The notes beneath the pieces were generated by a model. It ran no database searches, was not told where the DNA came from, and saw only the letters and a program-made list of their open reading frames with translations. Positions 45,550-52,924 of a DNA stretch of 52,924 bases are shown piece by piece. This stretch comes from a virus (lineage: Duplodnaviria; Caudoviricetes): the IMG/VR virus record IMGVR_UViG_3300002136_000057, positions 1 through 52,924 of that record; one strand, 5' to 3'. The position numbers and the translations under genes are program-made. How positions within the stretch are numbered: the stretch's first letter is position 1; each line of letters begins with the position of its first letter.

Positions 45550-47442
45550 TTAAGGATAAACGCTTGTGCTGGTCCACAACCAGGTAGCGCCCGTAACTGT
45601 AAATGTCATTGTGTATCGTGTCGGAGATAAAACTACCGTACCCGATGCTGGATTTGCTGCTGCAATGTCTTGTATCACTGATTCGTTTTGTGTGCCCGCA
45701 CTGTCAACTGCAATAGTAGATTTTTGTAATACTCCAGTACCGTTTGTTGTAACTGTTACGTTAATACCCGTAACAGTTGCACCGGCATAACTGGTGCAAT
45801 GAATCTTGGCAACAGTGCCTTCTCTTGCCGAAGAAGCAGAACTAATACTTTCTAATATGTTTCTAACATCAGTAATTGGACCGTTACCAGTCCCTGCTGC
45901 ATTTGGACTAGTTAACCCAGTAATGTCTAGAGAAAATGCAACCGGTACAGTAGCAACTGCTGTATCAACATATGCTTTAGTTGTTGCATCTGCTGGAGAT
46001 GTAGGTGTTGCTAATCCTGTAATTCTTTGACTATTAATCGTAATAACACCGGTAGAACTAATATTAAGCGCACTTGGAGAAGTAATACTACCCAAATCAA
46101 CATTACCTGTTACACTTAAACTTCCTAACGTACCTATACTAGTCAACCCGTTAGCTGTAGCAACAGTGTCGCCTAATTTTATTTTAGAAAGTACCTGTGT
46201 GTTTTCAATTCTATATTCTTTACTAGCAACTAAATCTACGTTTTGATTAAATGTCCAATTTCCTGTTGATTCTACCCAATTAATTGTTTTATCTGTTGCA
46301 CCCTTTAGAGTAATGCCGCCTTGGTTTGCAGTTGTATCAGTAGGAGTATCAACTTTTCCTAATTCAATATTAGAGTCTTCTACAGTCATTGTTGCAGTAT
46401 TAACTGTGGTAGTTGTTCCTTCAATAATTAAATCGCCGCCTACTGTAAGGTTTCCTGTAAAGTTACCGTCGCCTGTAACGTCAAGTGCAACTGATGGTGT
46501 ATCTTGATATATACCTATTCGTTGTGTACTTGTATCAAGTGTAAATGCTTCAATATAGTCACTACCTACTGGAACTCTAATTGAAAAATCATAATTTAGC
46601 TGTTTAAGTTCGATTGATGTTGTAGTTCCGCTGTCTATTGTTTTAAATGCAGCATATTGTGTATCACCGTACCCAACAATTAATCCATTGTCGCCTTTAA
46701 CAAATAAAGCACCTTCCATTTCTTGGTCGACTACTGCGTTTAATCCGTCTCGCTCATTAGTTCTTACAAAGTCAGAAGTTGCATATGCTGTGCCTTCTGC
46801 ATCAATCAATGCTTCAGCACTAGCGGCAGTACCTTGCCATTTAAAATCTGATACAACTGTAGGATTAAATCCTATTTTTATTATACGGTTGGCAGCATAC
46901 GGAAGTATAACATAGTCTGCTGCCGGAGTAAATTCAAATCTACTGTATATTCCAGCAAGTACGCCGCCGATATACAATGCTAGTACAGTTCTAATCTGAG
47001 TACTAGTATCAACCATTGTGACTGCTTCAACGCCTGTTTTGCCCTGCGCTGCATTATATTGCGGACCTACTAATACTAAATCAGTGCCATCCCAAAAATA
47101 TAGTTTATTTTCAGCATTATCAATCCACAGATCACCTGATACAAGATTAGTAGGCTGTGTGCTACTTACTGTTGGAGATCCTGCTGTTTTAAAAGTAACG
47201 CCATCATAAATTTTTAATCTATTTTCACTATTATCATACCACAATTGTCCCTTTAACGGATTACTCGGAGCACTAGTTGATGCAAAGTTTTCGATTATTT
47301 TAACAAAATTTTCATTAAACGCTTCTCCAAAACCTTTATAATTACGACCTACTAATGTAATATCTGTAGATGTTATGTCAATTATACCATCGGTAAGTTC
47401 TACTAACAGTTCGCCATTTGTTTTGTTTATTTTATAGCTCAT
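45550..47442 (-). CDS. Tail fibre / baseplate structural protein
   Basis: Same N-domain, GQLWYD repeats, GNLTVGG..GTTTTVNT, DATTKAYVD fibre motifs. Confidence 0.8.
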   Translation of the reverse strand: MSYKINKTNGELLVELTDGIIDITSTDITLVGRNYKGFGEAFNENFVKIIENFASTSAPSNPLKGQLWYDNSENRLKIYDGVTFKTAGSPTVSSTQPTNLVSGDLWIDNAENKLYFWDGTDLVLVGPQYNAAQGKTGVEAVTMVDTSTQIRTVLALYIGGVLAGIYSRFEFTPAADYVILPYAANRIIKIGFNPTVVSDFKWQGTAASAEALIDAEGTAYATSDFVRTNERDGLNAVVDQEMEGALFVKGDNGLIVGYGDTQYAAFKTIDSGTTTSIELKQLNYDFSIRVPVGSDYIEAFTLDTSTQRIGIYQDTPSVALDVTGDGNFTGNLTVGGDLIIEGTTTTVNTATMTVEDSNIELGKVDTPTDTTANQGGITLKGATDKTINWVESTGNWTFNQNVDLVASKEYRIENTQVLSKIKLGDTVATANGLTSIGTLGSLSVTGNVDLGSITSPSALNISSTGVITINSQRITGLATPTSPADATTKAYVDTAVATVPVAFSLDITGLTSPNAAGTGNGPITDVRNILESISSASSAREGTVAKIHCTSYAGATVTGINVTVTTNGTGVLQKSTIAVDSAGTQNESVIQDIAAANPASGTVVLSPTRYTMTFTVTGATWLWTSTSVYP

Positions 47443-49547
47443 GCTATGACTCCCGTAAAGATAATATAATTAATAGTTTGGAATGGGTTCATAATGTCAA
47501 TCGGTGCTCCTACTGTACTAAACGAACTTCCAGTTGGGATAAGAACATCGCCACTGTTTGGCAGACGTTGTGCAAGGTCTTCGACTCCAGTTTGTAGGGT
47601 CGAACCCTGAACCCCTGTTGGTAACTCGCCGCGGCCGTCTACTTCTCTATGTACATAAAACTGTTGACCGCCGGACGATTTTAAATCATGTTGGTGTTCT
47701 GGTAGATTTTCTAAGCCTATTTCTGCTGCAGAAAGACCGTCAACTGCACCCACTACGCTTGCATTTGACCCTCTGTTTCTAATGTCTGGGTCGCTAACTG
47801 ACGGAGCAGTTCCGCCCATAAATAAGTTACCTAGAGGAAATCTGCCTCTAAGGTCTGGAAGTGCAAATTGTCCAGAAGTAGGTGTTGGTCCGTAAGTAAG
47901 ATCAATTAAAGCAAAAAGCTCCTGGTAATAGCCGCGACTTAATTCTTGACCGTTACAAAACTTCCAACCAGCTGGTTCAGCAAGGCCTGCATACGGCATA
48001 ATACTACCAATAGGAGTTAGCCCTGCTATACCAGCAAATATCGTAGCTCTTGATATTTTCTTTAAACCTTGGCTTGCACCGCTAGTTCTATTAATTATAA
48101 ATTCATCACTTGACAGACTACCGCCTTGGGCAGATTCTTTAGCACTGATAAGTGTATTTTTTATTGTTAAATTAAAAGATTTTACGCCGCCACCAGTTTG
48201 TCCGTCAAAAACATTTTCTACAGTCTCAACATCGCCTTGGAATCTAAATGTTGATGCTGATGTGAGTTTATCTGCACTACCGGATTTACCAGTAACACTA
48301 CCGCTCACCGTTCCTTCTAATGTACCTATAAATGTAGTTGCATATATCTTACGCCATCTCAAATCACTTCTACCAATACTTCTGGTGTTGTTAAGGTCTG
48401 GTAGTATTAAGTCACTTGCTGCGGTATCAACTACTAGGTCGTTGTTACCCAGTGTTATACCTTTTTGTACTTTGATTGACTCTCCAACATTTAGATTTTT
48501 AGCAACACCGAGACCACCTTTAACAACTAATGCACCATTACTAATTGTAGTGCTTTCTGTAACATTATTTGTTGTAATAATTCCACTAGTTTTAACATTA
48601 CCAGTAACATCTAACGCTTCGTCAGGTGCTTCATTGTTAATACCAACTCTTAAATTCGAATCAATTCTTAAAACAGTCTTACTATCTCCAGCATTTCTAA
48701 CTCTAAAGTCAATATTTGAACCTTCGATGTTGTGCTGTACAACCCCTGCACTACCTTCAATACCTATGTTAAGCTCTGCGTTAATGCCGTATGCAATACC
48801 GCTGTTGTTTTGAACATTAAGCGGAAATGTTGTTGTTGATTCTACATCGCCTCTTAGAAAGTTAGCTGCAGGAATTGCTAAGTTACTAACAATTAAACTT
48901 TCTGCCTTTTCAGCAGTACCGTAGAATTTAACATCGTTAATTCCGTCGCCATTTGTGTCTCGATTGGCTAAGTTAATTCCCGGACGTATTTGTACGCCAC
49001 TAAATCCAGTAATTGTTGATTTAGCTGTAAATGTATCAAACGCAATAATAGCAACAACGGTTGCACGTACTTGTACTTCAATAACTGTATATTCTACGTT
49101 ATCTTGTCCGATTATCGTGCTAGGCAAGATTCCAGTTGTTAATCCTTGGCTAAAACTTGGTCCAACTAAAATCCATGTGGAACCTGTAAACATATACAAT
49201 TGCTGATTATCAGTATCGGCCCATAAATCGCCAGTTAATGCCGATACAGCATCTGGTTCAGTAGCACTCTTTTTAAGTCCACTAGCTGACACCCAAACTG
49301 TACCGTCGTAAATTAATAATTGAGATGTAGTATTATTATACCACAGTTGTCCTTCAATAGCATTAGTAGGTTCAGTCGGTCCTGCAAAATGTTCTAATAA
49401 ATGTAGTAAGTCTTCTGCAATGGCCGCACCGTAACCAGTACTATTTCTACCTGGTAATTTTATACTTGTAGTTGTATTGATTGTTTGATCTTCAACTACA
49501 ATTGGATCTTTATCAGCACTATCAGTAAATTGTATTGTATATGCCAT
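47439..49547 (-). CDS. Tail fibre protein with tail-collar domain
   Basis: PIGSIMPYAG..P.GWKFCNGQ, LPDLRGRFPLG, NLPEHQH, NPFQTINYII. Confidence 0.88.
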   Translation of the reverse strand: MAYTIQFTDSADKDPIVVEDQTINTTTSIKLPGRNSTGYGAAIAEDLLHLLEHFAGPTEPTNAIEGQLWYNNTTSQLLIYDGTVWVSASGLKKSATEPDAVSALTGDLWADTDNQQLYMFTGSTWILVGPSFSQGLTTGILPSTIIGQDNVEYTVIEVQVRATVVAIIAFDTFTAKSTITGFSGVQIRPGINLANRDTNGDGINDVKFYGTAEKAESLIVSNLAIPAANFLRGDVESTTTFPLNVQNNSGIAYGINAELNIGIEGSAGVVQHNIEGSNIDFRVRNAGDSKTVLRIDSNLRVGINNEAPDEALDVTGNVKTSGIITTNNVTESTTISNGALVVKGGLGVAKNLNVGESIKVQKGITLGNNDLVVDTAASDLILPDLNNTRSIGRSDLRWRKIYATTFIGTLEGTVSGSVTGKSGSADKLTSASTFRFQGDVETVENVFDGQTGGGVKSFNLTIKNTLISAKESAQGGSLSSDEFIINRTSGASQGLKKISRATIFAGIAGLTPIGSIMPYAGLAEPAGWKFCNGQELSRGYYQELFALIDLTYGPTPTSGQFALPDLRGRFPLGNLFMGGTAPSVSDPDIRNRGSNASVVGAVDGLSAAEIGLENLPEHQHDLKSSGGQQFYVHREVDGRGELPTGVQGSTLQTGVEDLAQRLPNSGDVLIPTGSSFSTVGAPIDIMNPFQTINYIIFTGVIA

Positions 49548-49551
49548 CTAA

Positions 49552-50166
49552 TTATTCCCCGTTAAAGCCAGTTAAACTTTGTACTCTAACTGTATAATCA
49601 ATTTGAATTAACCTATTAAGCGACTTCTGCACAGGATGAAAAATAACATGTGTTAACAGTCTACCCGCTCCGTCTGCACTGTATGCTCTTAGTCCCAGTT
49701 CGTCAAAAACATACAAACTATCTGCACTTGTTGCAGTATCAAAAGCATCTTGTCCGTTAGGTTCACTATAATCTAATAAACATGTTACTAAAATATCAGT
49801 ATAGTTTGTACCACTTACGTGACGTGTTTCTATCTTGTTACGAGCAGGGTCAAGATTGTTTACACTTCTATCATCTACTACTTTAGTAAATGTTTCGTTG
49901 TACAAACTAGCATTTGTGCCTGTGCTGTTTGGTGTCAAGTAAGTAATAATACCTGTTGGGTCAACACTAGTGCCACCGTTTCCAAACCCCATTTGATAAA
50001 TCCAACCTGTACCGGCATTGCCTAAACTTTCTGCAAGGCTAATACTCATATTTTCATAATGAATAGCGTTGCGTTTGTCTACAATAACCTCTCCAGTCTC
50101 TGGATTGTGTATTTTAATGTGTCCTTGAAGTAACACACCACTTTGTTCATTTAATTTATCTGTCAT
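49552..50166 (-). CDS. Virion structural (baseplate-associated) protein; start revised from 50253
   Basis: ATG 50166 follows an AGGA RBS and a late box; FDELGL, LLTHVIFHPVQKS. Confidence 0.7.
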   Translation of the reverse strand: MTDKLNEQSGVLLQGHIKIHNPETGEVIVDKRNAIHYENMSISLAESLGNAGTGWIYQMGFGNGGTSVDPTGIITYLTPNSTGTNASLYNETFTKVVDDRSVNNLDPARNKIETRHVSGTNYTDILVTCLLDYSEPNGQDAFDTATSADSLYVFDELGLRAYSADGAGRLLTHVIFHPVQKSLNRLIQIDYTVRVQSLTGFNGE

Positions 50167-50187
50167 TTGTTTTACATCCTGCTTATT

Positions 50188-50196
50188 GTATTTATC
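50188..50196 (-). promoter_or_regulatory. Late-type box GATAAATAC
   Basis: Overlaps the stop codon of the large baseplate gene. Confidence 0.6.
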
Positions 50197-52924
50197 GCGG
50201 CAAGTCAACTGTTGCTGCACGTAAGAATCTACTAATGTCTGAATCCGATTCACTTAGTCGTAATCCGAGTTCAGACCATATTATTCCAGTACGTCTAACA
50301 ACTGTTACCTTAACATTTTCGCTTGGTGTTTCTAATAGTGTTAGTGTAGACCCATCTATACTAAATTCTGCTGGTAGTGTAGCATCACCTTCTGGACTGT
50401 CTTGTGCAATTAAGGTAGTAAAGTTATAGCTACTAATTACATTTTTTTGCAAACGTTTGCCGGCTACAAACACTTCAAAGTCATTTACACTATTAGGTAT
50501 AAAGTCTAACGCATATGTTGCTGTTGTTCCATCTGCTAAGAACTGTGCAGTTAATGTTTCATCTTTATAAGGCATAGTTGAACTAGCTCCTTGATTATAA
50601 ACATTTTCTCCTTCGAGATAGATTGCCTTAACCCCTGTACCTAATGTACCTCTACGTAGCTGACTTAACACATTGCCGTTTCTTACAAAGTATTCAATAC
50701 GCTCACCTGCAATAAACAGTATTCCAGGAACATTACTTGTAGGTGACGGCTCAGGAAGTGTTGAACCATCTGTTACTGTAATACTTTGATCATACCAATT
50801 TAAATTAGCAGCTAGCATTATTCCGTCTCTATCATCAAGACGTTTATAATGTGTTCTGTTAAGCATATCTTTAAACTGACTCCAGCCATATTTGTTTCCA
50901 GATGTTAAATCTGCAAAATGTAGTAATTCAATTACGTCATTGGCTTCAATTTCTACAATTAGTTTAACATAACGCTTGTTATCAGTTACATAGTAATGAA
51001 CACTTGGAATCAATAAATTACCATTAAGTGTTATCCATACATATTGTGCATCTAGTGCAGGTTTTGATAATTCAATTAATCCAGCAGTTAAGTGATTGTA
51101 TTGATACCAATCATTTGTTCCTACAGTTAATGAAATTCTATCAACTACATCGTATTGCTGTCTATCAAACCCTTGCGAATCGTGATTACTAAACTGATAA
51201 ACTGTAATAACATCGCCTTCGTTATATGCACTATCGAAATATAATGTTCCCAGTGTTGATATAAATTCGTTGCCTGAATCAAAATATCCGTATCTGTATT
51301 CGCCGTCATTTAGAACATATACATTTAGAATATCACCATCTTGCTGTGCAACACGAGTCTTTAATCTAACAAGACTGCCATTACCGTTTACTTTAGAACC
51401 AGTAAATGTCCAATCAGTATTATATGCTAATTCTACGTTATTTAAAAAGACTTTCATCTGCTTATTACTAACTGCACCTGGTGGTACTTGGAATTCTTCT
51501 AATTGGTATTCGCGTTTTGCCGCAGTTGTTATAAATCTACGGTTGTATCCTGCGTTAAGAATTTTATTGTTAACTTTTACAATAGTAAACCACGCACTTG
51601 GTTCGTTATTAAACGGTGTTTGATTTAATTCAAATGCTACTGTGCTACCATCTGCTGTAAATGTATCAATTGATATTTCACTAAAGTTTTGTGTTTCGCC
51701 GCTAAAGAAGGCGTAACTTATTACACTACCAGCTGCTGGAGGTGTAGCTAAAGATATTACAACACTATTAGGATATGCATAAGTAGCATCGCTTTCTTCA
51801 ATAACGTTGTTTAATTTTACACCGTCAAGTGTAATAAAGTATTGAAGATTTTCTTCGAATCTTATATTAGTTAAGAATTTACTTGTACTTCCGTCTCCAA
51901 CAAAGTTATCAATATCTAATATATCTGTACCACTTACTCCTAATACTGCAAGATGTACTTTAGCGTTTAGTGCAGGGGCAGTATTAAAAGTTACCGTCTT
52001 AGCAACATAATCAATACTGTAGGCATCTGCAGATATAATATTAAAGCCTACTTTTACAAATAAACTAGCTGCTTGTAAAGGAGTTGTATCTAAACTAAAT
52101 GTTTTAGTTACGCCATCACCTGTATAGTTTCTTGAAGTAATTTGGCTACTACCGTTTTGTGGTCTTTCGTATACCTTAATATCGATAGTGTCAAGTAATT
52201 GTCCTGGAACTAGTTCTTCTGGACCGCTGCTTGTAGTAGCAGTTACAAATCCATCACCGTCGATAACAATATCTTCAGCTCTTAACCCAGTAGCAGTTGA
52301 ATAATTAAGATTACCGCCTGTTAGTGCAGTGTCATAACTGTTAGGATCTGGAAGATATGTGCCGTCACTAGTTGTTTTTCTAATAATGATAATATCGCCT
52401 GCACCTACATCAGATCCGCCACTTGCTGCTTCTGGCGAAACTACATATCCTGATACGCCTGCTAGTGCTGGATTATCTTGTGCTGGAGTGTTGCCGTTGC
52501 CAAATATACTGTTAATAGTTGCCAATGAAGGCTTACTAATAACCGGTGCAATGTAAGTATTAAACAATGCATAACCCAATGGGTTATTAGCAAGAATACC
52601 TGATTGTGTACGCATTGAATCACTCCACTCAGGAGCAAGACTATCGCCGTCCCATAAGCCGGTGTATTCAAACATACTAAAGTTTAACAAGTACAAGTAT
52701 TCTTTTGCAATTACAGGAAATAGTTCTGGGTCTGTTTTCCAAGTTGCATCAACATAACCGCTGGGGTCAAATACACCTGCATCATATGCTTCTTCAATTG
52801 CAGCAAACAAGTCGCCTGACTGCCAGTCTGCACTAAACTCTGGATACATTTTTAAATCAAATGCAGGTAAGCCGTGCATGTGTAGTGTATGGAAGACGTG
52901 TTCAATTACTTCTTGTGCATCAAT
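50192..52924 (-). CDS. C-terminal part of a very large baseplate wedge-like protein (5' end outside the window)
   Basis: Frame open to the window end; repeated (G/A)DG.T..F.L beta modules, ERIEY...LRRGTLGT. Confidence 0.75.
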   Translation of the reverse strand: MDAQEVIEHVFHTLHMHGLPAFDLKMYPEFSADWQSGDLFAAIEEAYDAGVFDPSGYVDATWKTDPELFPVIAKEYLYLLNFSMFEYTGLWDGDSLAPEWSDSMRTQSGILANNPLGYALFNTYIAPVISKPSLATINSIFGNGNTPAQDNPALAGVSGYVVSPEAASGGSDVGAGDIIIIRKTTSDGTYLPDPNSYDTALTGGNLNYSTATGLRAEDIVIDGDGFVTATTSSGPEELVPGQLLDTIDIKVYERPQNGSSQITSRNYTGDGVTKTFSLDTTPLQAASLFVKVGFNIISADAYSIDYVAKTVTFNTAPALNAKVHLAVLGVSGTDILDIDNFVGDGSTSKFLTNIRFEENLQYFITLDGVKLNNVIEESDATYAYPNSVVISLATPPAAGSVISYAFFSGETQNFSEISIDTFTADGSTVAFELNQTPFNNEPSAWFTIVKVNNKILNAGYNRRFITTAAKREYQLEEFQVPPGAVSNKQMKVFLNNVELAYNTDWTFTGSKVNGNGSLVRLKTRVAQQDGDILNVYVLNDGEYRYGYFDSGNEFISTLGTLYFDSAYNEGDVITVYQFSNHDSQGFDRQQYDVVDRISLTVGTNDWYQYNHLTAGLIELSKPALDAQYVWITLNGNLLIPSVHYYVTDNKRYVKLIVEIEANDVIELLHFADLTSGNKYGWSQFKDMLNRTHYKRLDDRDGIMLAANLNWYDQSITVTDGSTLPEPSPTSNVPGILFIAGERIEYFVRNGNVLSQLRRGTLGTGVKAIYLEGENVYNQGASSTMPYKDETLTAQFLADGTTATYALDFIPNSVNDFEVFVAGKRLQKNVISSYNFTTLIAQDSPEGDATLPAEFSIDGSTLTLLETPSENVKVTVVRRTGIIWSELGLRLSESDSDISRFLRAATVDLPR

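Noticed and set aside
604-52671. Numerous 60-180 aa ORFs antisense or out of frame to long genes (e.g. 3904-4380, 37013-37546, 48262-48813)
   Set aside because: They lie within well-supported genes, lack motifs and RBSs, and are expected shadows of biased codon usage.
1-52924. CRISPR array, tRNA/rRNA genes, integrase/transposase, introns/inteins, stop-codon recoding
   Set aside because: None recognised by eye; genes tile densely in the standard code and all three stop codons are used. A tRNAscan-SE/Infernal run would be needed to exclude small RNAs.

Overview
This window looks like a segment of a large AT-rich tailed-phage genome (jumbo/T4-like myovirus style), read in the standard genetic code. 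The left end (1-6148) holds small hypothetical genes, a MoxR-like AAA+ ATPase plus HExxH/VWA partner pair, and a tail-fibre gene. The right end (43066-52924, minus strand) holds baseplate, tail-collar and tail-fibre genes. Between them lies a ~37 kb island (6155-43008) made almost entirely of tailoring enzymes, counted by motif from the ORF track: 10 radical SAM proteins (six with a Cys-rich domain in front of the SAM motif, one B12-binding), ~16 Fe(II)/2-oxoglutarate or cupin oxygenases, 3 membrane desaturases, 4 glycosyltransferase-like proteins and 3 SGNH-like proteins. It also carries PanD, an ATP-grasp ligase, a PP-loop enzyme, GNAT(s), a methyltransferase and a phycobiliprotein-motif/nitroreductase fusion. 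No PKS/NRPS scaffold, carrier protein or clear precursor peptide is visible. My best inference is a phage-encoded chemical decoration system acting on the virion or on host envelope lipids/glycans, with a nested small-molecule-like operon (panD to ATP-grasp). Two promoter classes are readable: consensus sigma70 and a T4-late-like ATAAATA box, and several island genes appear to be leaderless. All family calls come from motif recognition by eye; no searches were run.
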